NCBI RefSeq assembly: GCF_009914755.1
Contig: NC_060926.1
DNA: 64,000 nucleotides
Reading direction: 5' to 3' (one strand)
DNA from: the human T2T-CHM13v2.0 reference genome, Homo sapiens
In this document: positions 28,313-41,900 of the stretch, in pieces
Position numbering within the stretch: position 1 is the first letter of the stretch
How the letters are laid out: the number at the start of each line of letters is the position of its first letter
Program-made: the position numbers and the translations under genes
Notes under the pieces: generated by a model
What the model saw: only the letters and a program-made list of their open reading frames with translations
Told to the model about the DNA's origin: nothing
The model's database searches: none

Positions 28313-30337
28313 AGTGTTCTACATCAGTCTAGTAAAGGAATACATTGTCAACATTTATAGAGAAGGGAGAATTATACAAAAATTCTCAGTGTCTATTCCA
28401 AACCACAACAGTATTTTATATGTGAGTTATGAATTTATATTAATTAGATATATTAATATTTCCAAAAAGACTATTTCTCATTTTAGATATTTCCAAGAGT
28501 GCTAGGAAAGAGGAATATGTCAACTGGCAATGTTCCATGAAATGAATTACTTGGGAGAATCCATGTAACAAATGCACTGATTCAGGTGTTACATGTCTAA
28601 AATTAAGTTTACTGTTTTAACAAATGTGGTTGTCTGGTTTCCCTAGCAACTAAAAGTGACAGGTGACAGAAGAAAAGCAGTAGAGAACAGAAGACCAACC
28701 AGAAAAATACAGCAATTTAGGTCCATTAGATATTAAGCATAACCTGTTCTGCCCAACTCAATGGTCCCTAAGGTCTGCATTGTTTTGCTGTAAATTACAA
28801 TGATTAATGCTTATTATAATGGACTTGAGTCATCATGAAATGGTTAAATTAATTCAAGCTTATGCTCTTATCTATAGTATGTAATACAATTTTGAAAAGA
28901 TGCTTATCAAAAGTAGGTAAAATACAGTGGTTTGAGAGATTAGCTTCAGTTATTTGAGACATTTGTTTACCCAGAAAGAGTGGTCAGATGCAAGATATAG
29001 AAAGCATTAAATAAAGCAGTCAAATGTCTATAAGTGATTAGAAATGTTTTTGTTTAATACTGTACTATTAAGGAGTCATTAATTTATAAATTAATACATT
29101 TACTCAAAAAGCACTTATTGGCTTCAAATTCACTGTCCTTGGCCATGGCGGGAGAGAGAAGTAATAGCCATCCTCTACCTTTTAGAAGCTCATATTTTAG
29201 TAGTAAGAAAAGAGTCTCTGGCATCCAAGTATCTTCACAATTTTCCAAGACTACTGGAAAGTAGTTGCTTGCATGGTCACAATCAAGGTATTATTGAGAG
29301 AGGAGAGTGAAAGCTGGCTTTCTAATAATGAAATGATGGAAATTACTGCATGGGAGAGAAGCCTAAAATTTTCACAGAAAACAAGTAGACAACATTTCTG
29401 ATTTCTGTAGTTGGTTTCCAAAGCAAGTCTATTCGGCAAAATTGTAATAGAATGCTCAGTATATTGACACAATTGCTACCTTGAAATGGTCTTTTCTACC
29501 ACACCTGAAGGAAAACTAAACTCCAAATATTCTTTTCCATGTGTACTTCAGAAATTTGTATGATTTTTCTGGGATATGATCTTAAGACCTATGACTAATT
29601 ATCAGTCTGCCAAATGCTCTAGCTGAATTTCCAACTGTGTATTCAACATTTTCACTGATTGTCCTGTCACTTTAAACTTGAGGTGAGTCCATATATCAGA
29701 TCAATATTTTATATACAAATAATAATGATAATATAAATATTTACAAGCACCATACACTCAGTGTCTCTGAGTCAAAACTTGAATTTCTCATTATGTTATA
29801 AAATTTAAAAAGCTCTTTGACTTCCTTTTCCTTATTCATGGTGCCATAAATCCCTCAGACATAAAAACTATGGTCCTGTTGAATTTCCAAGACTTAGAGC
29901 CACCAATCTGGTAAATTCTCCCTCCTTTTTCTCATCTATAATGCCGGAGCCTTCAGATTTTTCTATGTGCTTGTAGCTCTGCTGTCTTTAAATTATTATC
30001 CACTCTATAGTCAGAATGATCTAGTATGTGACCATCACCCTGAAACCCCTAATATCTCTCCATTGTCTATGGCTTACTGAGGATAAGTAGGATAGGCCTA
30101 TTTCTTAAATAGTCATGCAAGGACTCAAAGACCTATCTCTTTCTAGAATCTCTAAGCTGATTTCACCCCTTATTGCCCCAGTAGTACCAGATTGCTGGTG
30201 CTTCTCTGTCTCCTTGTTATTTTATATTTTTCATTCTGGCCTTTCTGCTTAAGAGGCTATTTCCAACTTTCTAAGCTAGGTGGCTTACGTGCAGTTTCTA
30301 GAGCTTGTCCCAGGCATCATTTCCTCCAGGAACTTTT

Positions 30338-30513
30338 CCTTCCTTCCCTCTTTCCTTCCTTCCTCCTGTTTCCCTTCCTTCCTCCCTCCCTCCCTCCTTC
30401 CCTCCCTTCCTTCCTTTCTTCCTTCTTTACATCCTTCCTCTCTCCCTCCCTCCCTTCCTTCTTTCCTTCCTTCCTTCCTCTCTCCCTCCCTCCCTTCCTT
30501 TCTCTCTCTCTCT
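30338..30513 (+). repeat. (TTCC/TCCC)n polypyrimidine tract inside the AluJ TSD
   Basis: Directly visible. Confidence 0.95.
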
Positions 30514-30818
30514 CTTTTTTTTGACACAAGGTCTCGTTCTGTCCCCTAGGCTGGAGTGCACTGGCACAATCATGGGTCAATGGCTCAATGCAGCCTCAAC
30601 CTTCCTGGGCTGGTGCAGTGATCCTACCACCTCAGCCTCCTGAGTAGCTGGGACTACAGGTATGTGCCACCACACCCAGCTAATTTTTGTTTGTTTTTGC
30701 AGATATGGGGGTTTTGCCATGTTGCCCAAGCTATTCTTGAACTTTTGAGCTCAAGCAGTCCACCTGCCTTGGTCTCCCAAAGTGTTGGGATTACAGACAT
30801 GAGCCACTGCACCTGGCC
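30514..30818 (-). mobile_element. AluJ
   Basis: Antisense Alu with J diagnostics; TSD aggaactttt at 30328-30337 and 30819-30828. Confidence 0.92.
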
Positions 30819-32754
30819 AGGAACTTTTCTTTGAAGTATCTACTCTCTGTATTATCATACCTAGGCTGAGCACACTTCTGTCTTAATTCCTACCATTTTG
30901 AATTGAAATTTTGTTTATCTGCCTGTCTCTGCCACCAGGCCGTGTCTTATGCATCATTGCTCCAAGAGCATTTTCAACAGGGCACAATAAATGTTTGCTA
31001 AATTATATTAAATAAGCATCTGAGTTCTTTTATAGTCTGATTTCTACTTTTCTTTCCAAAATTGTTTTTCATCATCAAGCCCTTTCCTACTCTTGAATGT
31101 TCTACTCATCAGTTCTTCAAAACTCTTTTACTTTCCTTCCTCCACAGTTTGTTCATTCCTTTGGCTTAGCTCACTCTCCTTACTCTTATTGATTCTTTTT
31201 TCAAGATCCGGGTGTGTACACCGCATGCTTGGTCTGCCTTTGTAAGGAGGCTCCATGAACTTTCAAATCCGGTGTGTGACTTCCTTGAGTAAGTTATTTA
31301 GAGTAAAATATGCTATTCTTCAAGTATCTGTGCTAAATGTTATTCCATTCTCATTTAAAATTTACTTTCTTTACTATAGAGTTTAGAAAAACATCTAATG
31401 AGGCCTTTCTTGTACTTTTTCACATCTTTACACATTTTGTGTGTAGTAATATTTTATCACATCTCTCTGCAGATGAAAGCATTCAAACACAATGACAAGT
31501 CAGAAGAGGAGAAGGAGAGGATGGAAATGGGAGGAATTGAAAAGACAATGACGAAAGAAAACATTCGTTACAAAGTAATAGCTCATTACAGGCTAGATCA
31601 AGGGATACCATAACTTCAGGCAATAACAGGGTGGCAGTAGGAGAATGTCTCCCCATTTGAAATGTCTGTCATGATTTTGGACTTAAGTTTGCTAGTAATT
31701 TTTTTTAAGATCTGCTAAGTTCTGGCATTAGGGCAACCCTTGGTGCCCTAATCCTATTCTTGAACCTGTGTCAACTATATTGTCATTTCTGTTTTTCTCC
31801 CCAGCATATTAAAAACTATTCATCAAAGAATCACCAAGACATTCTAAAGTAGAATCCTTTTAACAGGAGGTGTATGATTCAGAAGGTGTATGGCCATGAC
31901 AATAAGGTCCTTGTGCTTGTAGTAACTTAGCTGAGCCTATGATTGGCAAAGTTCCTATTCCTGCTGCAAAACACCCCAAATATCTGATATTCAGCTCTAG
32001 TCTGTGGTCTTTTGTTATTGCTTCACATGATTTTTCTTTCCAAAGGAAATTTCCTTGCTACACTCATTTGTCTATAGGATCCCACATGCAGTGATACTCC
32101 CCCACATGACTGCTGATTTAAAGGGAACTAAGGTATTTTCTGTGAGTGTCCATCACACTTCCAGTTCTCAAGAAGCCATAAAAATGGGGTCCTTTGAGCT
32201 CTGAAGTAACTGGAAATTCTTCACATTATGTTATTGTTTCAGCAGCTCAAGCAAAGACTTTTATCCTTTGTCTGTTCCTTATTTCTCAAAGAACAGAAAT
32301 AGAACTGCCAAAATGCCACAAGGGAAGCTATTCTCATTGTCAGGTCAAATGGTAGTCCCATTAATAATGCTAGTGGAAGTAAAAAATATCATACAGTTAT
32401 ACCAATGATTGTTCTTGTTAGAATTTCACTCTCTTGATTTGAAATAACCATTTTCCCCTATTACAAGCGAGTTTTAATTTACTGTTGCTTTCTTATTATT
32501 AAGGAAACTTGGAAACTGTGTGCTTTCTTCCTATTGTTATCTTTAGATAATTGATCTCAATGACAGGTAAATGTGTCCTATAACTAGAAATGTGTTTTGA
32601 GCAATTTGTAGGCTCAGTTTATGGTCTAGTTCATGTTATCTTATCTGGTTTATTCTTTGAGTTCTGATTTAATAAGATTCCTATACCCTCGTAATACAAA
32701 AAACACATGGTAAAATAAGACAAACCTCTTGGTCATCTCTCTTATGTCCTAGGG

Positions 32755-32970
32755 AGGGTGTCAGCAAGCATTTTTTACAGAGAGTCAGATACTTAATATG
32801 TTAGGCTTTGTGGGCTATACAGTCTCTATTGCAGCTACACAATTTTGCCATTGTAATGTTAAAGCAGCTATAGATAATACATGCATGAATGAATGTGATT
32901 ATACTCCAATACAATTTTATTAACAAAAACAAGATGTACGCTGGATTGCCCTAGAGGAATTACTTTGTCA
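32755..32970. mobile_element. MER58A (hAT-Charlie)
   Basis: ttaggctttgtgggctatacagtctctattgcagctac...aaagcagctatagataatac. Confidence 0.8.
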
Positions 32971-33158
32971 GTTGGCCAGAGAACACAGTGATCATAGACT
33001 GAAAAAAAATATCAGTACCTCACAAGAGTTCTGTAACTAACATCGAATTCATCTTAATTTTGGTTGTAAAGTATATCTGTTTGGGTATAGGCTAAGTTCG
33101 TGAAACAGAGACCACAGAATAGAATTACTTCAGATATAGAAATGATATTTTTCTCAAG

Positions 33159-33625
33159 TGCATGGGGTTGAGTTGTGTGCCCCCAGTAAATATATACGGA
33201 AGTCTAAACCTGCATACCAGTGAATGTGATCTGACTTGGAAATAACGTCATTGCAGTTGTAATTAGTTAAGATGTGGTCATACTGGAGTAGGGTGGGCCC
33301 TCAATCCCGTATGGCTGTTGTCCTTATAAAAAGAGAAAAGACCATGTGAAGACACAGGCATACACAGAAAATTCCACGTGAGTATGTGAGAGGAAGGTAT
33401 GTTTTGGAGTAATACATCTACAAGACGAGAAATGCCTAGGAGTTCCTAGAAGCTATAAAAGGCAAACAACGATACTTCCTCAGAAATTTTGGAGGGAGCG
33501 TGGCCCTCTCGGCACCTTGATTTTGGACTTCTAACCTACAGAAATGTGAGATAATACGTTTCTGTCTTTTAAAACCACCTAATTTGTGTGGTACTTTGTT
33601 ACTGTGGAATTAGAAAACAAATACA
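33159..33625 (+). mobile_element. MLT1C-like solo LTR
   Basis: gtaattagttaagatgtggtcatactggagtagggtgggccct...caccttgattttggacttct...aaacaaataca. Confidence 0.85.
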
Positions 33626-33749
33626 CCCAGTAATGGTTTAGTAGTGAGGCTGGCAGAAGACCAGTCAGGAACCTAGGTCTCTTGTGGTCTGCCTCTCAGT
33701 CATCTTGGACCATAGGCCCTTGTGGTTACACTCCAAGGTTTATGAATAA

Positions 33750-34190
33750 CTCATTTGATAATATTTTATTTTTAAAAATATGACTACAAAGAAAAACAAC
33801 TTATATTAAAACATAGTTAACCAAAATATTAGAAGAATGAATTCATATGATACCCTTATATATGCTTTATTATTAATACATTAAATATCAAGATTAAGTG
33901 GTTGGTCTAATAACTACTAAATATCTCAATAAGGATAAGCATGAACAATATTTTGATGCATCCTCAACTATAATGTGATATGAAAATGTCTGTTATTTCT
34001 ATATATAAAAAAGGCCCAGGTACAGCTAAGATTACAATGGATTTTACCTACATTCATAATTGAAAGAAATGCTAATTTTCAATTAGGGGCTAGTAAAAAT
34101 TAAGATGTAATTATTCCCACCATGTTTGTGACCCCTTGGATTCTATGCATAGGTCCCTTAGTTCCTGAACCTCAGGTTAAGAACCACTTC
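33750..34190. mobile_element. hAT-Charlie-type DNA transposon relic
   Basis: cattcataattgaaagaaatgctaa...; terminal ggttaagaaccact typical of Charlie ends; subfamily not assigned. Confidence 0.55.
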
Positions 34191-35584
34191 CAGGGTGTTT
34201 GCATCTACAGGAGGGAACAATGCATTTCTTTCCTTTTACCTCTCTTCTTAATTTTGAGTGTAATTGACAAGGATCCTGCATAATTCCACTCTCTGTAAGG
34301 GTATTGGCTAACATTAACATAAACATATTTACATAATTGTAAAATACCTTTCTATAAATTATAATTTTCTAAGATGTCATCAACATCTACTAAGGAATAT
34401 CATAAGAAGTAGCCACATGAAACTGGTTACTCTATTCCCTGTAGACAATATTCCCTAAGTTAGACAGTGCCTACTCAGTGGAGACCCACTTTACCTTTGT
34501 TATCAGTATCTCTGTGTTGCCAAGGCAACTAGATTATTTTTATATGATGGATATTATGAATTATGTAACTTGTAATTATATATATATTTAAAAATATATA
34601 TGCCACTTGGAAGCTTAAAGCCAACGTGTGACTCATCTCTACTAGGGTAGCAAATTTATCCTACATTTTGTGTACCAAATTTCGCTACAGATTTAATGTT
34701 TTTTTTCTATATCTTATTTTTTTTCTTTGCCTCAATTCATTCAACTTTTAAAAGCTCTTTTATATTTTGTTGTATGGCTCTTCACATATGGCTTTAAATT
34801 CTTATTTTGAAACAGGGTGAAAGGTGAATAAATATTTTATTTTACTATTGCATTAATATGCAATACATTATTGTAATTATTTATATACATTATGATTATA
34901 TAAATAACATAATTACGAGTTACTCATGATCAGATATCACCAATGCCTCTATTACTACATATGCTTTCTTTATTAATTTATAACTTGTACTTGTCTTATT
35001 CCAGGCAAACTGCTAATGTCTCATGAGTTTACCATAGCAACAGTAAAAGGAAGTAATAGAATTTTGAATACTAAATTCTTATCAAGGATTCTATGTAGGT
35101 TTGAAGGCTTAGTTATATTGGCTGGACACAGTACTTTAAACAGTACAATCAATTTTCACTTACCGGAAGATGAAAAATTTGAAGACAAGGGCATTAGATA
35201 TGAAAACTATATGCAGTTGGAAAAGAAAAGCACAGATCCCTGTCAAACAGTAGAATGATGTGGAATATTATAGTAATTTTTCTGAAATTGGTACCAAAAT
35301 CATTAAGCATGCAAATTTTTCACTGATGTTTTTATTCATTTATTTAAGTAAGATATATCTTACTTAGTTATAAAATTAAAAAGGACACTTTTGCATAGAA
35401 TGTATATATTCCCTGTTATATATATATGTAATTTCACAGTAGGCTTGCTATTTTCCCCTTGTCTAGAATGCTTAATTCTATGCCCTATTCCATCTACATT
35501 GACAGCAATACTGAGAGCAACCTAATATTTACAAGATGCCAATGTGAGTAGCCACTCATTCCCTAACTAAAGTTCAGTTAAGTA

Positions 35585-35912
35585 TAGACATATGTCACTG
35601 GGATATGTTCTGAGAAAGGCGTCATTAGGCAATTTACTTGTGCAAACATCATAGAGTGTACTTACAGAAACCTGGATGGTATAGCCCACTACACACCTCG
35701 GTTACGTGGTATATAGACTGTTGCTCCTAGGCTGCAAACCTGTACAGCATGTTACAGTACTGAATACTGCAGGCAATTGTGACACAATGGCAAGTATTTG
35801 TGTATCTAAACACAGATAAGGTACCGTAAAAATATAATATTATAATCTCATGGGACCACCGTTGTACATGCAGCTCATGACTGACAGAAATGTCATTATG
35901 TGGCACATGATA
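35585..35912. mobile_element. Tigger3a/MER7-type (TcMar-Tigger) element
   Basis: aacatcatagagtgtacttac...gctcctaggctgcaaacctgtacagcatgttac...atgggaccaccg. Confidence 0.88.
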
Positions 35913-38900
35913 TAATATTTATTTGGATAGCATCACCATCAGTTTGTGTATACAACATTAAAACAAACACTTGTTAAAAATCAGCTAAAATATATTGGAC
36001 ATAAAAACTTGAATATAATATCATTGACTGAATTACTCACTTTTTCTCTCATTGCTGTTATGCAAATGTGTGTCTTCAATAATGGTTTCATGGGAAGTAC
36101 AACCAACTTCGTCTTTTATAGAAGTGTCCTTCCTTGAGTAGAGAAAAGATATGTAACATAAAGAAGAGAATCCTTGTAATATTTCTCCATCCCAATTCAC
36201 TGCTCTTAATGCAAAAGCTATTTTTGGCAAACACCTTGAAAACAGTAATACTATTTTGCACGCAATAGTAGCACATGCCATAACAGCTTTTACAGCCTAG
36301 GTATTAAGATACCTGAGAATTTCTAGGTTTCTCAGATATAAGCATCCTCTATCAGTTCCATCTTTTATTGAATCAATAGCTATTAATTAAGCACTTTCTA
36401 TGTGTCAGATATAGGAGATGCCATTAAGATATGACAGGTGACCTGCCATTATAGCATTTAGATTCTTTGTGAAAAAGCAACACTAAAAGTAATGTTAAGG
36501 TATGGGCTACCAGAAACAAAAAGGTGTCTGCCTTATTTTCTCAGGAAATCTTAGCTATAGTAAGTGACTGGGGGAAAAAAACTAAATAAAATAAAGATTA
36601 AACTCAAACTCCCAAGGATAATTTACAATGAGAAAAAGAGGCAATATCAAATATTGAGAGAACTAGCTTGAAAATATAGAAAGTATAAGTATATTGTGAC
36701 TAATTTGCTTCAGATTATTTGATTAAGCTTAGATATTTTGCATTATCAAAAATACTACAAAATTACATATTTTCCAGGAAATGATTATACACTTTATGAG
36801 AAACCAGTCAACAGTAATGGTAAGAACGTTATGAATAGTCAACCAATATTAATGATAAGAACAATAAAATGATGAACTAATAATATTCGATCACCCAGTT
36901 TTTATTTTAGGGCCAAACTTCATATATGATTCAAATTGAAATACTTTCCAGATACTTAGAAAAATGGAATAAATGTATTTTCCCCTTCAAGTAGTATTGT
37001 TATTTCCTTACAAATCCATATGCAGATCCAAAAATTTTTAAATATCTTCAATATTGACATACTCAAATTTCTAGTAACATGTAAACTAATAAGCAATAGA
37101 AAAATGCCAATCTTGTTCTCACCAAACCATACTCCCAGTTCCAGTAAGCAGTAACAATTTAATCATTGGGCTATTTCAATGACATTGAAAAGAAGTAATG
37201 AAATCATTCTGCTTCTTTATAATTCAATAATATGATGCATCTCAGAAGAATTTACAATAGATTTTGCACCTTTCAAGATACTAAAAATGTATTTTTATTT
37301 TTATTAAAGGTATGTTATATATTACCAGAGGGAGAAACTAAACAGCTCTGATAGCATTATAACTGACTGAAAGCCTGAACTGAACAGGAAAAAAAAAAAA
37401 AAGCAAATTTCAGACCCTATTTTGTATTTTAATAGGATCAGTTAGCAAGTTCAAATTCACTTTTCTCATTGTGCTTTCAAGTTACAAATGATCGAAAATC
37501 ATAAAGCAAAAGGAGGACAAAAATTATTTTCAGATTCTCTGATGCCAGAGGAAATGTATACAATGGGGTGTATGAAGAAATAACCTTTATCTGCCAAAGT
37601 AATCTGAATGTATTTCACAGATATTTTTGAATAGTCTACAATAAAGCAAATTATGTGAGATAAAGTTGTTCAAATAAAAGTTAAATGAGACAAAATGTCA
37701 CTTCATTTAAAATGTATTGCTACAGAAATAAATTAATGCAATATAACCTGATATAAATATGCAGAAAAAAATCCTGTTTTACATTTGTCTATTTTTCTGA
37801 CTATTATTAAGAAACATATTGTATTGCTTGCTGTACCACAAGGTACCCCAGTATCATCGTCTATAAGACCTTCAGATTTAACCTGACCTCCTCAGAATGG
37901 ATATCCACACTACAGTATGTTAGGAGACCTTTTTGATACCACTTTGATAATTCTTTGCAAACCTCCATTAGAAACAGAGAAAAGCCACTTCAAGAGTGTG
38001 CACTTAGAGCTTACTGTTTACCTATACACTCATAAGATCAAAACCCCTGGTCTTACTGTTTTTGTTAACAAGGAGCAGTAAAAGTCTTCCCACATACTGA
38101 GTTTTGGTTTCCATTTTACAATCTGAGATGACAGACAGCACAAAAATGATGAGAAAACTGTGGGGAGGCTTCCAGAAGATTGATTCTCTCATCAGCTGAT
38201 TCTTTTCTAGTTAGTCTTTTATTGACTACAAAGGTATAGCCAATGCAGAAAAGGAAAACCAGACTGCCCTGTTTAATCCTGAGGGCATTGGCAAAAGGTG
38301 ATCACTTTTTGAGAAAACAGAGGCCTACAAGGAAATCAGCACACTGTATGAGCCGTTAAGCTGATTTAAACACACAAGGGATGCCTGGGGTTGAGCACAA
38401 GATCTCTGAGGTGTGAGATGAGAATGAAACCATTGCAGAGACTAATATTACTGAGCTTTAGTAGCAGGTGGTACAGTTGATCAGTCAGGAACCTGTCATT
38501 TGGAGAATAGGCCAATATATCTGAGAGACATGAAAAATCCTTCATTTTTCCCTCCTTCTCACCAAGAGTAAAAATATTGCAATTTCAAACTTTTTGACAA
38601 TTATCAACTGTAAGTTATCACAATTTAGACACCTATAAGACGTGAACAACTCCAAAGCACAGCTAAATTCTCTGATGTTTGCCTAATGTTACAAACTATA
38701 ACTCACACTGGCCGAACCTGATATTTTGTTCTGATTTAAGTCAATCTGGAAGGAAACTTTTAAATTCTGTCAGCACAACAACCTGCAATCCAGACAACCC
38801 AGAAAAATCCACATGGGATATTCATATCTACGGAGAGAAGTAAAGATTCACATTTCCCTTTTTGTTTTGCTGATTTTGTGGTTTAGATGGTCAGTTTTCT

Positions 38901-41900
38901 TATTACTTAAAAAATTTCAGAGAAAAATCTTCAACTTGACTATATCCACTTGCTGTTTGAAGTCTTAGAGTGAGAGTAAATGTTAAAGTGTGATTACTTT
39001 AAATTTGTAATGACCATAATCCTATCATCTCCATTTGCTAATTTCTACAGACAATTCAACATAACTCTAAGACTGAAGTGACAAGTAAAATATAAAATAT
39101 TACATTTTACAGGGTGTTTTCACTACCACTAACTGGGCATCCTAAAAATTTAGAATTACAGTGTAAGTAAATAAAGATGTTATTAAAATGAAAGTACCAT
39201 CAATTTCAAGATGCACCTAATTTCAAACATTATGTCCTTAACTGAGAAAATACTCAATTTGATTTGACTTTTATTTACAATGAGCAAATCATAGAAATCC
39301 TAAACATAATCTCCTCTTCAGGTACTTAACATGTTTTTATTTTTTAAAATGATTTTCCTTGAGCCTTTTATGACAATTTATATCACTAATGATTATGCCA
39401 ACAATAGTTTTATTAATATTCTGTCTACTATATCAACATTTAATACTTATTTAATAACAAGTGTCATAGAATATATTTGTGGTATGATTTATTTTGCCTC
39501 AACTTTACCAGCAAAATTAAAACCAATACCACTAAAGAACTTAATTCAAGATAATTTTCTACTAATAGTGCTATTGTATCTAATGTCTATGCCCCAAACA
39601 TAAGTTATGAAGCCTTGATGAACTTCCCTGAACATCTTTTCCAGGTAATTCAATAAAGAAATTAAACTTAACAATGTAATAACCAATATTTTTTTAATGT
39701 CCAGTAGATGAGCTGTAATTTCCTCAATTCTAGAAGACTATGTGGTAGGTTTGCTTCATCAACTCATCCATTTTCCCATTTACTAGAATCCTATCAAAAA
39801 TAGAATCTGGAAATAATAAACAAAAAAATACTAAGAAGAAATATCTGCCAGAAATATATACCATAAATAACTTTGTGGACAATAAACTCTTCTTAGAATT
39901 TTAACATAGTAAGTTTTACACTACTTTTAAAACAGATTTGCAATATGCTGCCTTCTCATTACTTCTCCTGGCTCTTCAGTTTAAACCTGGATATAATACA
40001 CTAATGTTTACATGTGTGAGTTCAAATCATGAAATTATCCTGACTACAGGCTCCTGTCCTTATGCTTCTCCCACCACTTTATACCTACTGATTTCCTGTT
40101 TTCCCTAGTACGTTGACACCCGCTTATTGTAAAAACTAATCAATTCCCCGCCCGTCCTGATTTATCTCCCTCTCTCTGGTTAGCCAATCACCAAGATCCA
40201 TTCATCATGCTAGAGATGATGTCTTTAGACTTTTTAGATTATTGGAAAATGGCTAAGCAACACACACATATGCCAGAATGATAGAACAGCATTCACTGGG
40301 CAAACTCAAGGAGGTAGGATCCATTGCAGGTGCTCAGGCCTCTTTGCCCCATCATACGCTGTGGAAGAACACAGAAATCTTTCAGGACGAGACCTCAGGC
40401 TTCTGGGGAGGATCACAGAAGCCCTGGGCTTTTGTGGAACCTTTAAACTGCAAGATCAGGGAAGAACCACCCTCCGTAGGCATGAAAAATAGTCAGATTA
40501 CAATAATATGTCGGGCCAGATATTGACTCCAACCTTATCCTTGCAGAACCAGCCTCTTTCCTGACACAGTCATCAGGTGGAAGAACAGCCATGCACTTGA
40601 AGTTGTGTGATATTGTAACCATAGTTTATCAGTCCTCACAGATAAGGATACAGCAATCCCTTCAATGGTGGGGTGATGAAGTTGGAATCCAAGCTTTGTA
40701 ATGGAAACTTCATTATATAGAAAGCACACTATCAACCTTCACAGCTGATAAAGCACCAGCTCCTTCCCTGGCACAATGTGGGGCTGGGGTCTCAGCCTTG
40801 TCACTGACCAGAATCAGTTGCCTAAAGCACTGGATGATAGCTGGTTTCCATGGAACTTGGTAGGATGCCAATGCCTTCTCTGAGTGGCCAGGTTGCAGGG
40901 GTTAAGTCTTGTAAATTTTTACTCTTGCCTGTCAGAGATTAAAAATCAAAATGAAATAGAAATTCTAATAGTTTGTTTTAACATAACAATTTTTACATTC
41001 TCTGGGTTTCACATTTTCTTCAACCCTAAGTAAGTGATACCACACACCATCTAAGCTCCTGCTCCCTCTTTGCCAGGAATTGCTGTGAAATTCACTAAAC
41101 AGAGTCCACTTACTTCAGCGTCAGTTGAGTACTTAACTGCACTTTTCAGCAACCCTTATTTAATTTCTATACTGTTTCCTACAACATCAATTACAAACTT
41201 CTCTAGCAGGTTCTAAATGTCTTTCAATCTTCTCTTTCTCGGGAGAAACACTGCTACTGACTGTAATTACAGAATCTCACAAAATTGACATCCTCGGTGT
41301 TTTTATTCCAAACTAAAAATGTTTCTCCATATTCATTTATTCTTTTTCCCATTTTACCCTCTCTCTATTAGAGAACACGATCCTTTTCTCCTCTAGCTCG
41401 ATATTTATGCTTCAATTTCTCATTTATGCATTTCTCCTCTACCCATAAATATATTCTAGTGAATCAAAATATAGTGTAACAAAGTGCCTTTTTTGGTTTT
41501 CCAGTCATCTTTGCTTTATATTGTTCCTTAATAGCAAACGTCTCAGAAGAAGAGTCTTTTCCCTGCCTTGATTTTTTACCCATTCACTCATCTCTTAATT
41601 CCTATTAGCCAGGGTTCCACCACTGAAAATACTCTCTCTGAGATCTACAATATCAGCGGTTACTGAAGAGGGTGAAATCTGTTAAGAGCTTTACAAACAT
41701 GAGAGGACATTCTTATTAAATGTACTGAAATCTTCAATCCTCTCCCTGCCTCTGATTTATCTTATTTTATTAGCTGAACCTCAGATCAGAGCAATTCTTC
41801 CATTTAAAAAAAAATCTTTTTATCCCCTATCTTACCATATTTAGACTGACCTATACTGAGTAAAGGTATTGAACGAATTAGCAAGGGTGTAAGAAAATTA

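Larger units (their letters stand above)
29600..31010 (+). mobile_element. Degenerate L2 interrupted by AluJ
   Basis: atccactctatagtcagaatgatct; tgtttatctgcctgtctct...caataaatgtttgctaaatt 3' end. Confidence 0.55.

Noticed and set aside
30192-30643. Low-complexity ORFs (PSFL/EGRK-rich), also at 13814-14169 and 61893-62240
   Set aside because: Translations of GGAA/TTCC tracts.
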